A program made the translations under genes and the position numbers. From the NCBI GenBank assembly GCA_963669175.1, contig OY769902.1, positions 2,336,001-2,400,000 of the forward strand: a stretch of DNA of 64,000 nucleotides, given 5' to 3'. The stretch is from a bacterium (GTDB lineage Bacteria; Electryoneota; Electryoneia; Electryoneales; Electryoneaceae). This document shows, one piece after another, positions 48,557-58,702 of the stretch (position 1 is the first letter of the stretch; every line of letters starts with the position of its first letter). The notes below the pieces were generated by a model. The model was not told the origin of the DNA. It did not search any database and worked only from the letters and a program-made list of their open reading frames with translations.

Positions 48557-49399
48557 TTAGCCGATGAGCTGGGCAACCATCTGCGGAACCATATTCGCCT
48601 GGGCAAGCATGGAAATACCGGACTGCATCAGGATCTGAGCGCGTGTGAAGTTGCTCATTTCCTCCGCGATGTCTGCATCGCGCAGCGCTTCTTCGGCCGC
48701 CGTGGATGTCTCTTCGGCGATCTGCTGATACAGAATGGTATTCTGCAACCGGTTTACGTACGAACCGAGACGAGTACGCAGCTCGTCCTTGGAATTAATA
48801 GCATCGTCCAGCGTGGTAATCGCGGCCTGGGCAGTCGAAGTGTTCAACAGGCTCAACTGCTGAATACCCAGCGACTGGGCAGTGGCGTTACCCATCTGTA
48901 CGAAGTAGTAGTCCACATTGTCCTGGTTAAAGATACCGATGTGGAACTTGATCCCACGCGCATCTTCCTGTGACCACGTTCCATCCAACAGGAACTTCCC
49001 GTTGTAGTTTGTGGACTCAGCGATACGTGTGATTTCACTGCGAAGGCTGTCGAACTCCAGGTGCAACGCCTGGCGATCCGAACTGGACAGCGGGCCGTTG
49101 GAAGCCTGGATTGCGAGGGCACGCATGCGGATCAATTTTTCATCGATCACACTCAGGGCGCCGTCGACCATGGAAATGAGGTTGATCGCGTAGTTGGCGT
49201 TCTTCTCCGCTTCCTTGTGCGACGCGATCTGCGCACGGAAGCGTTCACTCAAGTTGAGTGCGGCCGGGTCATCCCAGGCATGGTTGACCCGTAATCCTGA
49301 ACTCAATCGTTCCACCGATGTGTCCAGGTCGCCCTGTGCTGTCTGAATTGCCCGTTGGGCAAACAGCGACAGAACATTGTGGTTAATGCGGGTACTCAT
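48557..49399 (-). CDS. fliC: Flagellin (short, 280 aa)
   Basis: MSTRINHN, ERLSSGLRVN.AWDDPA, LRDADIAEEM, MLAQAN; RBS AAGGAGG before ATG 49399. Confidence 0.95.
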   Translation of the reverse strand: MSTRINHNVLSLFAQRAIQTAQGDLDTSVERLSSGLRVNHAWDDPAALNLSERFRAQIASHKEAEKNANYAINLISMVDGALSVIDEKLIRMRALAIQASNGPLSSSDRQALHLEFDSLRSEITRIAESTNYNGKFLLDGTWSQEDARGIKFHIGIFNQDNVDYYFVQMGNATAQSLGIQQLSLLNTSTAQAAITTLDDAINSKDELRTRLGSYVNRLQNTILYQQIAEETSTAAEEALRDADIAEEMSNFTRAQILMQSGISMLAQANMVPQMVAQLIG

Positions 49400-49649
49400 A
49401 GGCACCTCCTTCGTCGGTAGCAATGGGGAATAGCTACGCTTCTTCTTTTTGTTTCACGCCGGGATTGTGCCTGTTTAATCCCAACGTGTGAGCACTATTT
49501 GAGCTTTGTTTTTCGCGAACCTCCGCCGCGGGTTGAGCGACCCGCGGCGGAAAATCACAGCAGTATGGGCGTGAGCTGCGCCCGAAAGTCACGAATCAGG
49601 AGTAGGCCTGGGGATTAGGGCTCCGGGATTCGCTTTCCTTCTATGCATC

Positions 49650-49677
49650 TTATCGGAATCATGCACTCTGAACTTTA
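49650..49677 (-). promoter_or_regulatory. Sigma28 (FliA) promoter for the flagellin locus
   Basis: Minus strand TAAAGTTC-N12-TCCGATAA versus consensus TAAAGTTT-N11/12-GCCGATAA, ~250 nt upstream of a flagellin. Confidence 0.8.
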
Positions 49678-49890
49678 ATTCTTACTCGGGGGTTACTGGA
49701 GGTTTTTTGAAAGTAAACGAGGAGAGTTTGTGACTAAGTAAATAATTGCCATATAGTAAGGTTGGTAAAAAAACTGTCAAAAGACTCTGAAATCTCGGAG
49801 GTCTGAGAGAGGAATTCTTAAAGCAGATGGGTAGTAATTCTTCAGTAGCTTGGTCTGAAAAGAATAAGGGAGGAGGTGAAAACAGGAATG

Positions 49891-50427
49891 TCAGGCTGGC
49901 TTGGGCAGTCCATGAATCCGTAAATGAGTATAAACCCGGTCCGCTTCCTTATGAGCGATCTCGATAAAGCCACGGAAATCCTCTACTTCACGCCCGGTCG
50001 GGTCATCCACATCCGGCTCGGCGACACTTCCCTCGGCGCGTCCGAATTCGAGGACGGTAAAGAGTCTTCCTTCGAGTTCAGGGAAACGTTCGAGCAGAGT
50101 TTCTTTTTGCGCCTTCTCCATGGTGAGCACCAGGTCCGCTTCGGAAGCGATGGCGGAAGAGAAGCGTCGTGAACGATGGTTGTGAATGGCGAGACCCTGC
50201 ATCTTGGCAACCATAACCATGATCGGGTTGGCTGCGATACGTGGCTGAGCGGCGACTCCGGCAGAAATCACGGAGACATTGTCAATCAGGGGAATCGGCT
50301 TCTCTTTGATCAGACGGTCCAGGTAAGCCGCAAAATAGGGACTCCGGGTAATATTGGCCGTGCATACGATGACAATAGTAGTCGAACGCTTTTTCCCAAA
50401 CAATTTTGCGAAGAAACCGGGCGCCAT
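49891..50427 (-). CDS. Low-molecular-weight protein phosphatase (LMW-PTP family)
   Basis: P-loop VCTANITRS (CX5R), SAG, HRSR, DLVLTME, DVDDP.G. Confidence 0.88.
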   Translation of the reverse strand: MAPGFFAKLFGKKRSTTIVIVCTANITRSPYFAAYLDRLIKEKPIPLIDNVSVISAGVAAQPRIAANPIMVMVAKMQGLAIHNHRSRRFSSAIASEADLVLTMEKAQKETLLERFPELEGRLFTVLEFGRAEGSVAEPDVDDPTGREVEDFRGFIEIAHKEADRVYTHLRIHGLPKPA

Positions 50428-50639
50428 GTCCTTTAGCCTGTCGTAAGTTCAATCAGGGTTAAGAAAACTGATACATCAAAGTACATGTTTCAGCCGCATA
50501 ATCCAACTCCCGGGAAAATATAGAATACCCCAATCGTTGCTACTGATAGCTTTCGGATGTACCTTTATCAAATACAAACAGAACAGGGTTTACTCATGGG
50601 GAGACCGGCGTAAACCTGTTTTTAACTCAGGGAGGTGTT

Positions 50640-51656
50640 ATGCCCCAGGAGCTGATTACCACTCAGCGCTTCCTGACCATGGAAGCGCGCAAGTACCCGC
50701 AGGCGACAGGTGAATTTACGGCATTGATGAACGAGCTGGTCATGACTGCCAAGGTAATTCACCGTGAAGTAAATAAAGCCGGACTGGTAGAAATTCTCGG
50801 GATGACCGGCGAAACCAATGTTCAGGGTGAAGAAGTTAGAAAGCTTGATGATTTTGCCAATGATCTGTTTCTGCATATCCTGAAATATTCCGGGCATGTT
50901 TGCGCCATGGCCAGCGAAGAGATGGAAGACCTGGCCCAGGGACCGACTTATACCAATTCCGGGTCTTATGTTGTCATGCTGGATCCGCTGGATGGTTCAT
51001 CCAACATTGACGCGAATGTTTCCATCGGAACTATTTTTGCCATTCACCGCCGGGTCAGCCCACATGGGCAGCCGGGTGAGATGCAGGATATGCTGCAACC
51101 GGGCAAAAAACTGGTCGCCGCCGGGTATATTCTGTATGGCAGCTCTACCATGCTGGTATATTCGACCGGTCAGGGTGCGCATGGGTTCACCTTTGATCCA
51201 TCCGTAGGAACATTCATTCTCAGCCATCCAAACATTCAGATCCCGGAGAAGGCGAAAGTATATTCGGTGAATGAATCCTACTATACGAAGTGGACAGAAG
51301 GCATTCAGAAGTATGTGGATCGTGTAAAAGGCATTGGCCCGGATGCTCTTGAGAAGCCGCTGTCCGCACGCTATATCGGTTCCATGGTCGCGGATTTTCA
51401 CCGTAACCTGTTGTATGGCGGGATTTTCCTGTATCCGGGTACGAGGACCAAACCGGTTGGCAAGCTGCGGCTCCTTTATGAAGCCATGCCGATGGCATTC
51501 CTGTTGCGCGCTGCTGGTGGCTATGCTTCCAATGGGCATGAGGATATTCTCGAGATTCAGCCGGAAACCCTGCATCAGCGTACACCGCTATTTATGGGAA
51601 ATCGTGATGAGGTAGAAAAGGTTGAGGAGTATATTCGTACATACGACGATAAGTAA
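50640..51656 (+). CDS. fbp: Fructose-1,6-bisphosphatase class I
   Basis: NVQGEEVRKLD, ASEE, DPLDGSSNID.N.S.GTIF, RYIGSMVADFHR, GKLRLLYE. Confidence 0.97.
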   Translation: MPQELITTQRFLTMEARKYPQATGEFTALMNELVMTAKVIHREVNKAGLVEILGMTGETNVQGEEVRKLDDFANDLFLHILKYSGHVCAMASEEMEDLAQGPTYTNSGSYVVMLDPLDGSSNIDANVSIGTIFAIHRRVSPHGQPGEMQDMLQPGKKLVAAGYILYGSSTMLVYSTGQGAHGFTFDPSVGTFILSHPNIQIPEKAKVYSVNESYYTKWTEGIQKYVDRVKGIGPDALEKPLSARYIGSMVADFHRNLLYGGIFLYPGTRTKPVGKLRLLYEAMPMAFLLRAAGGYASNGHEDILEIQPETLHQRTPLFMGNRDEVEKVEEYIRTYDDK

Positions 51657-51677
51657 GCATACTTGCGGGAACCAGTG

Positions 51678-52907
51678 ATGACTCGTTACAGCGTAAAGAT
51701 CTTTTCAGCCGCCCTTTTGGCGGCTTTTGTTCTCGTTTTTCAAGTGAATGCCCAGACTTTCGATCTTGCAATTCCCGGCGCGCGCACCCTTGGCATGGGG
51801 GGGGTGAATACGGCAACGGTCAATGATCTTTCCGCGCAGTTCTGGAACCCTGCCGGATTGCTGGACATTGAACACTTCCAGCTTACCTATTCATCACGGT
51901 GGATTGATGAGGGGCAGGATCTCCCGGATGGACAAAGCTCACAAGACAATTTTGAAGGGCATCACGCTTCCGGTCTGATCGGCTTTGCCTGGCCGTTTGA
52001 ACAGGTTGACCGGCGTATGAGTGTCGCTGTCGGGTATTATCGTCCTATTGAGTTGACAACACGTTATAAAAATCACCCGGTTGATGGAGGCGTGGGCGCT
52101 TTCATGGCTTCCTATGCCTGTCAGGTCACTCCCAGTGTCAAAGTTGGGCTGACCCCGGCATATTGGACAGGACAACGCGATTTTAATTCCTATGTGCAAT
52201 CCTACCAGTTTGTCTGGGATACGGACTACAGCGGATTCAACGCCACGCTGGGCGTGAAAGCGGATTTCCGTGAGATGAATCAACCACTCCCGCTCGAAGC
52301 CGGCCTGACAATACGTACGCCATTCGATCTGGACCTCACATACTCCGATCACACGGCCGGGTTGGGCATCGACTCATCATCCGCATTTGACTTTACCGTA
52401 GAAATGCCCTGGATGGTAGCGTTGGGAGTAGTTTACCATTACAGCCATGACTGGATTTTCAGCCTTGACTATGAGGCGCGTTTGTACGGTGACAGTAAAA
52501 TCATCGAAACCAGCGATTTGTACGGGAAACGTACGTATGATCTGAGTGGGGCTGAGAAAAACCTGCATATCATCCGGGCGGGGACAGAATACCGGTGGCG
52601 TTTCTGGAAAAATACGTATCCGTTGCGTTTTGGTATCCGCAATGTGCCAACATTGCTGGCGAACCGGTACGCGGATAACGATGTCTCTCAGGTGGATGGG
52701 GTGGCTGTTGGTCTGGGGGCAGGGGTGGAGCGTTCATTGTTCCGGATTGATGTCGGGTATGAATTCAAGCATTATTCAAAAACTTCCGCAGTGTCTACAA
52801 CCAATGGTACCAAAGAAGTTGATTCAGGCTATTCCTTCAGCACATTCATGTTCGAAGCAACCTTCTTCCTGGGGAAGACCTGGAAGTCAGCAGGTGATAA
52901 GCAGTAA
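51678..52907 (+). CDS. OmpP1/FadL/PorV-like outer-membrane beta-barrel
   Basis: Signal peptide, GARTLGMGG..TA..NDLSA..WNPAGL, alternating beta strands. Confidence 0.82.
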   Translation: MTRYSVKIFSAALLAAFVLVFQVNAQTFDLAIPGARTLGMGGVNTATVNDLSAQFWNPAGLLDIEHFQLTYSSRWIDEGQDLPDGQSSQDNFEGHHASGLIGFAWPFEQVDRRMSVAVGYYRPIELTTRYKNHPVDGGVGAFMASYACQVTPSVKVGLTPAYWTGQRDFNSYVQSYQFVWDTDYSGFNATLGVKADFREMNQPLPLEAGLTIRTPFDLDLTYSDHTAGLGIDSSSAFDFTVEMPWMVALGVVYHYSHDWIFSLDYEARLYGDSKIIETSDLYGKRTYDLSGAEKNLHIIRAGTEYRWRFWKNTYPLRFGIRNVPTLLANRYADNDVSQVDGVAVGLGAGVERSLFRIDVGYEFKHYSKTSAVSTTNGTKEVDSGYSFSTFMFEATFFLGKTWKSAGDKQ

Positions 52908-53065
52908 GGGACTGACCGTGCGAAAACCACTGTGTGTTACCAGTAGTATGGTTTTTGTTCTGTATAAGAAGATTGTTCTATCTGGTTTCCTTTTATCTCG
53001 GTCATAACTCTTATGCAACCCGCTTCGGGGTTGAAAAGAATTCTCTCCCTTTCCCAGGGTGCGGG

Positions 53066-53238
53066 CTAACCCGAATATTTCACCAATGCAATGTCAAATG
53101 TGGTATTTGATGGAACGGCCAGTACAAGAACCACGGCAGTGGTTCTCTGTATTAGCCCACCGTCCAGCGCCGTCTGTTTGGCGCTCACGGTGGGAAAAGA
53201 ATGACTTCCTCATTATCAACCCGGCAGCGGGTTGCCCA
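53066..53238. repeat. ~170-bp REP-like element, copy 1
   Basis: tgatggaacggccagtacaagaaccacggcagtggttctctgtattagcccaccgtccagcgccgtctgtttggcgctcacggtgggaa is identical at ~58114-58202. Confidence 0.9.
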
Positions 53239-53482
53239 ATGTATGTGATGATGAGTCAGGGCAAACAGAGTCTTGAGATATACTGAGGTGCTTGCTGTAA
53301 AATACTGATAATAAAGATGTTAATGAAGCAAACCGCCTTTCAGTTATAAAATCTCCGGGTTTGGGCTCCATTTGAAAGAAAAATGTTGTTCCCTGATGAA
53401 TTGTCTCTTGAGTAGTGAACAAATGTATGCTATTATTGTAAGGGATCAGAACGATAGCGAGGTTTTCAGTCTGGGGGGATGT

Positions 53483-54277
53483 ATGAGTATTGAGATTGTA
53501 AACCTGGATGACAGCAACCGTGAATTGTTCTCGATCTGTCTTGAGGATTGGTCGGATATCGCACGTGAGGCCGGTAGTCGACGCGCTGACTGGGTAAGAA
53601 AAATGCAGGAAAAAGGGCTGCGGGCCAAGCTCGCACGAAATGACGAAGGTCAGTATATCGGGATGATTCAGTACCTTCCGATTGAACAGTCCATCATAGC
53701 AGGTGAAGGGCTTTACTTCATCCCCTGCATCTGGGTGCATGGGTATAAGCAGGGCGTGGGCAATCAGCAGAAAAAGGGCGTGGGGAAGGCTCTGCTTGCT
53801 GCGGCGGAAGAAGATGTTCGAAGCCTTGATGCACAGGGGATGGCAGCCTGGGGATTGATCCTGCCGTTCTGGATGAAAGCCGCCTGGTATCGTAAACAGG
53901 GATTTCGAAAAGCGGACAGGGATGGAATATCACAACTGGTTTGGAAGCCATTTACCGAAGAAGCTCAAGCGCCTCGATGGGCTGGTAAAGGGAAGTACAG
54001 GCATGAACCGGTAGCGGGCAAGGTATGCGTGACTGCATTCTGTAACGGATCGTGTATGGCGTGTAACCTGACCACGGAACGAGCCAAACGTGCTGCTGCG
54101 GAATTCGGCGATAAAGTGGTATACCGTGAAATTGATACCAGTAATTCCCGGGCTGTCCGGAAATGGTGCGAAACAGATGCTGTTTATATCGACGGCAAAC
54201 CGGCTCAAACAGGACAACCACCCAGTTATGAAAAGATATTTAAGAAAATCGAAAAACGTGTGCGAAAACTGCGTTGA
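53483..54277 (+). CDS. GNAT acetyltransferase with C-terminal thioredoxin-like domain
   Basis: GMIQYLP, YFIPCIWV, QKKGVGKALL (acetyl-CoA motif A), C-terminal CMAC plus VYIDGK...G.PP. Start at ATG 53483. Confidence 0.82.
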   Translation: MSIEIVNLDDSNRELFSICLEDWSDIAREAGSRRADWVRKMQEKGLRAKLARNDEGQYIGMIQYLPIEQSIIAGEGLYFIPCIWVHGYKQGVGNQQKKGVGKALLAAAEEDVRSLDAQGMAAWGLILPFWMKAAWYRKQGFRKADRDGISQLVWKPFTEEAQAPRWAGKGKYRHEPVAGKVCVTAFCNGSCMACNLTTERAKRAAAEFGDKVVYREIDTSNSRAVRKWCETDAVYIDGKPAQTGQPPSYEKIFKKIEKRVRKLR

Positions 54278-54480
54278 AGAACGAATGCAGATCATCCATA
54301 AACAGGTAAATTCATATTCCTGGCAGGTTTTGGGAGTCAGAATTCTCTCGTAACCTGTTGCTATATTTGTCTCCACTCCCGTCTCTTCGTGGTTCCATAA
54401 GCGCATGGAAACATGTATCTTTCTTGCTTGTAACAAAGTAAACAAACGACTCATTCATCCTTAAACGTAGTGGTAAGACA

Positions 54481-55776
54481 GTGAAGATTTTAGAGAAGAC
54501 CCAGGAAGGCGCGGTCGTTAAGGCACGCGTAGAGATGACAGACGAAGAGCTACAGCCTTACTTCGAAAAGGCGTACAAGAAAACTCAGAAGAATATCGAG
54601 TTGCCCGGATTCCGTAAGGGTAAGGTACCGCTTTCCATGATCATCAAGCGGTTTGGTCCGGCAGTGCGTGCTGAGGCGCTGGAAGACATTATTACCGAAG
54701 TATATCCGAAGATCGTGGATGAGAGCGGCGAAAAGCCGATCGCTCCCGGCGATGTTGAAGAACCGGATTATCAGGATGGCGAGTACCTGCGTTTTACCGC
54801 GATCATGGAAATCAAGCCGGAATTCGAGCTGGTTGACTGGAAAGCCCTCGAAGTCAAGATGGAAGTGGCTGATGTCACGGATGACGATATCAACACTCAC
54901 CTGGACTACATGCGCAAGGACAAGGCGATTGTTTCTGAAGCCCAGGACGATCAGGGGGCGGATGGTGTTGACCGCTTGACCGTCAACTTGCAGCAGCTTG
55001 ATGAAAACGGTGTTGAAGTCATCGGCAAGAGCTTCAAGGACATCACCTTTGAGTTTGGCACGGATTACCTCGGCCCGAATACCGACGAGCAGCTCAAGGG
55101 CATCAAGAAGGAAGAGACCCGCAAGATCATGACCGAGCGTCATATTCATCCCGAAGAGGGTGAGCATGTAGACGAGAAATATGGCTGGGAAGTAACCCCG
55201 ACCAAGATCGAAAAGGTCGAACTGCCTGAACTCGACGATGATTTTGCCGTTCAAGTCGATGAGAAGTATGAGAGCATGGATGATCTGCGCGCCGCGGTTC
55301 GTAGCGACATCGAAGCCTATGCCAAGTACCATGTTGACCAGCGTATGGCGGATCGTATCCTGAATACGGTTGTCGATGCGCATGATTTCGCACTGCCGCC
55401 GACGCTTTTGGAAGAAACGCTGGGACGTATGCTGGAGCGTCAGAAGGAAGAATCCCAGAACATGATTCCTGAGGATACCCTTCGCGAAAATCTGAAGCCC
55501 TACGCAGAACGTCAGCTCAAGTGGTTCTTCCTAGAGCAGAAGCTGATCGAAGAGTTGAAGGTGGAAGCCACCGACGAAGACATCGAGAAGCACCTTGAGA
55601 TTCGTGCCGAGCAGGTAAAGGACACCGATCTTGAAAGCCTGAAGCTGATGTTCAAGGCTGGCGAACGTCGCGAAATGCTGGCCAACGAGATCGTCAAGGG
55701 CAAGCTGATGGACGAACTTCGCAACGGTATGAAGCTCGTCGAGGAAAAGGTTGCGCTGAAAGACGTGCTGCAATAA
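54481..55776 (+). CDS. tig: Trigger factor
   Basis: LPGFRKGKVP signature, ELPELDDDFA; position upstream of clpP-clpX-lon. Confidence 0.93.
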   Translation: MKILEKTQEGAVVKARVEMTDEELQPYFEKAYKKTQKNIELPGFRKGKVPLSMIIKRFGPAVRAEALEDIITEVYPKIVDESGEKPIAPGDVEEPDYQDGEYLRFTAIMEIKPEFELVDWKALEVKMEVADVTDDDINTHLDYMRKDKAIVSEAQDDQGADGVDRLTVNLQQLDENGVEVIGKSFKDITFEFGTDYLGPNTDEQLKGIKKEETRKIMTERHIHPEEGEHVDEKYGWEVTPTKIEKVELPELDDDFAVQVDEKYESMDDLRAAVRSDIEAYAKYHVDQRMADRILNTVVDAHDFALPPTLLEETLGRMLERQKEESQNMIPEDTLRENLKPYAERQLKWFFLEQKLIEELKVEATDEDIEKHLEIRAEQVKDTDLESLKLMFKAGERREMLANEIVKGKLMDELRNGMKLVEEKVALKDVLQ

Positions 55777-55814
55777 TTTCCAAAGATTGCTACCTTATTT
55801 AGATATGCAGTGAA

Positions 55815-56043
55815 GAGGGGACTGTTTCCTTTTCCCCTGTGTCGCCATTCATCATCTGACACATGGATGGGGAAAGGTGGTTGTCCCCTTCTTCCTGTGT
55901 TTAACTTTGGTAGGTTGCATAAACAATGTCCCATGAAATAGAATAACTTCGAGATCCCCGTTCAAGCCGGGGATGACATGATGGGACATTTTTTTTGAGC
56001 AATACTATATATGTTGTGTAGAAAAGGGGATAGTTTCCTTTTC
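55815..56043. repeat. REP-like palindromes between tig and clpP
   Basis: aggggactgtttccttttcc/ggaaaggtggttgtcccct pair; gatccccgttcaagccggggatgac related to the 15160/15293 hairpin; aatgtcccat/atgggacatt IR. Confidence 0.6.
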
Positions 56044-56081
56044 GTGGTGACTTTTAACCAAAACAACTTTTGGAGATAACG

Positions 56082-56678
56082 ATGAACCTGGTCCCGATGG
56101 TTGTCGAGCAGACGGGTCGTGGCGAACGTGCATTCGACATCTATTCCCGGTTATTGAAGGAACGTATCGTTTTTATCGGATCACCGATTGAGTACCATGT
56201 TGCCAATCTGGTAATCGCACAGCTTCTTTTCCTGGAAGCGGATGACCCGGAAAAGGATGTCAGTGTGTACATCAACAGCCCGGGCGGTGTGATTACCGAC
56301 GGTCTGGCGATTTATGATACCATGCAGTACATCAAGCCGCAGGTTCAGACCATTTGTGTTGGTATGGCGGCTTCCATGGCGGCAGTCCTTTTGGCAGCGG
56401 GCAGCCCCGGCAAGCGTGTTGCCCTGCCCAACAGCAAGATCATGATCCACCAGCCGCATGGCGGCATGCGTGGCACCGCGGCCGATATCGAGATTCATGC
56501 CAAGGAAATCCTGAAAGACCGTGAACGTCTCAGCGAAATCCTGGCCCATCACTCCGGCAGGGATCTGAAGCAGGTCCTGGAAGACAGCGATCGTGACAAT
56601 TTCATGACCTCTGAGCAGGCGCTTGAGTATGGTTTGATTGACAAGATTCAGAACATTGATCGCAAGATCAAGAAATAA
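56082..56678 (+). CDS. clpP: ATP-dependent Clp protease proteolytic subunit
   Basis: [37 protein letters not shown]. Confidence 0.98.
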   Translation: MNLVPMVVEQTGRGERAFDIYSRLLKERIVFIGSPIEYHVANLVIAQLLFLEADDPEKDVSVYINSPGGVITDGLAIYDTMQYIKPQVQTICVGMAASMAAVLLAAGSPGKRVALPNSKIMIHQPHGGMRGTAADIEIHAKEILKDRERLSEILAHHSGRDLKQVLEDSDRDNFMTSEQALEYGLIDKIQNIDRKIKK

Positions 56679-56712
56679 CCGTCGCGGGTAACGTGAGGGA
56701 TATGGAGTATTG

Positions 56713-57978
56713 ATGAGCAGCAGTACGAGTAAAAGCGGCGATGGCGAAGGCAAGTCGCAGAGATGCAGTTTCTGCGGACGGACCTCCGACCAGGTACAGA
56801 TCATGATCAGCGGCCCGAATGTGATGATTTGTGATCATTGCATCAAGGCGGCCGACCAGATTATTCGCCAGAACCGTACCAAACAACGCAGTAAACCGCT
56901 TGAGCATTTTCCTACTCCGCAAGGGATCAAGAAGAAGCTCGATGAATACGTGATCGGCCAGGATCTCGCCAAGCGCAAGATATCTGTGGCGGTCTATAAC
57001 CATTACAAACGCATAAGCCGGATGCAGCTCGACGATGATGTTGAGCTGGAGAAGTCGAATATCCTGCTGGTGGGGCCGACCGGAACCGGGAAAACACTCA
57101 TCGCGCAGACACTGGCGAAGATGTTGCAGGTGCCGTTCGCTATCGCAGACGCGACAACCCTGACGGAAGCCGGGTATGTTGGCGAAGATGTGGAAAATGT
57201 ACTGGTACGTCTGCTCCAGGCTGCCGATTACGATACCGCCGCGGCGGAAATCGGCATTGTCTACATCGATGAGCTGGACAAGGTTGCACGCAAGTCTACC
57301 AATGTCTCCATCACTCGTGACGTCTCCGGCGAAGGTGTCCAGCAGGCATTGCTGAAAATGCTGGAAGGAACTATCGCGCAGGTTCCGCCGGAAGGTGGAC
57401 GCAAGCATCCGGAACAGAAGCTGATCAGCATCAATACGCGCAACATCCTCTTCATCTGCGGAGGCGCGTTTGAAGGGATAGAGAAGCTGGTCAAACGTCG
57501 TGTCGGTCAGAAAGCGATGGGCTTCGGCGCTGAGGTTAAGGGCATGTCGGAATACAAGATGTTCGACCTGCTGACCCAGCTTGAACCAAAAGACCTGCTC
57601 GAATTCGGTCTGATCCCTGAATTGATCGGACGTCTTCCCGTAGCGGCCCCGCTGGACGAATTGGGCGAAGATGCGCTGATGTCCATCCTTCAGGAACCGA
57701 AAAACGCGCTGATCAAGCAGTACAAACGCCTGTTCGATATGGAAGATGTCGAGCTGGAGATCGAAGAAGAGGCCATGCGTGAAGTGGTCAAGATCGCCCA
57801 GGCACGCAAGACCGGCGCACGTGCGCTGAGGTCCGTGATGGAAAACCTGATGCTCGATCCCATGTTCGAGATTCCCTCGAAGAAGGGCGTGAAGAAGGTG
57901 ACCATCACAAAAGACGTCGTGACCGGTGACGCCGAACTCAAGCTCGAGTACAAGAAAGCAGGGAAACAGGCTTCGTAA
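56713..57978 (+). CDS. clpX: ATP-dependent Clp protease ATPase subunit
   Basis: CSFC...CDHC zinc finger, [42 protein letters not shown] loop, TGARALR. Confidence 0.98.
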   Translation: MSSSTSKSGDGEGKSQRCSFCGRTSDQVQIMISGPNVMICDHCIKAADQIIRQNRTKQRSKPLEHFPTPQGIKKKLDEYVIGQDLAKRKISVAVYNHYKRISRMQLDDDVELEKSNILLVGPTGTGKTLIAQTLAKMLQVPFAIADATTLTEAGYVGEDVENVLVRLLQAADYDTAAAEIGIVYIDELDKVARKSTNVSITRDVSGEGVQQALLKMLEGTIAQVPPEGGRKHPEQKLISINTRNILFICGGAFEGIEKLVKRRVGQKAMGFGAEVKGMSEYKMFDLLTQLEPKDLLEFGLIPELIGRLPVAAPLDELGEDALMSILQEPKNALIKQYKRLFDMEDVELEIEEEAMREVVKIAQARKTGARALRSVMENLMLDPMFEIPSKKGVKKVTITKDVVTGDAELKLEYKKAGKQAS

Positions 57979-58005
57979 GACAAAAGAGTAGTTGTAAGAA
58001 TAGTG

Positions 58006-58040
58006 AGGACTGGCCGGTATAGGTTAGTCCTTTTCTTTTC
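58006..58040 (+). terminator. Probable intrinsic terminator after clpX
   Basis: aggactggcc/ggttagtcct stem (with G-U pairs) followed by ttttcttttc. Confidence 0.55.
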
Positions 58041-58071
58041 TTAAATCTTTCATCCTGACCATCCTTCTATC

Positions 58072-58381
58072 CTAACCCGAAGATTTCACCACTGGCAATT
58101 TCAATGTGATACTTGATGGAACGGCCAGTACAAGAACCACGGCAGTGGTTCTCTGTATTAGCCCACCGTCCAGCGCCGTCTGTTTGGCGCTCACGGTGGG
58201 AATAGGATGTACGCTACTTGCCAACCCCGGCAGCGGGTTGCCTGAATATTTCCACTGTATACTTTTGATAATTATCAGGTTACTCCTTCCGGAGTAAATA
58301 TATGGTGCGCATTATCTCCCCGGGTAGCCGCCAAACTGACGGCGGCTGCCCGGGGCTAATACAGGTTGCCCCTGCCGGGGC
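58072..58381. repeat. REP-like element copy 2 plus its inverted partner arm
   Basis: 58072-58242 repeats 53066-53238; 58317-58381 (cccgggtagccgcc...ggcggctgcccggggctaataca) is the complementary arm of the tgtattagccc end. Confidence 0.85.
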
Positions 58382-58702
58382 GGTTGCCGATACTCAGCCT
58401 CATCTTGCCAGCGAAACAGGGAATAGACACGCAAAGGGATACCGGAGCAAACTGTCCCCTGAAAAATGCTGTATGAATCAGTTGTAATGTGTTGATATGA
58501 AATGTGTTAAGATGATTATCCATGTTTCGTTCATGAAATATTCGGGCTAACATCCTGTGAGTCCGGTTTGGGAAGTCCCTTGCAAATTTCGGAGTTTGCA
58601 CGCACAAAACCGGGTTTCTCGAGCGCAAAACAGGGGTTGGACTGCGTGAAATGGGGTGTTACTTTCTTGAAACAGGAAGTTATACCCAAACGTGAGTGAT
58701 CC

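Noticed and set aside
54278-54480. tRNA upstream of tig (a common position)
   Set aside because: No cloverleaf or GTTCRA T-loop/CCA pattern is visible.
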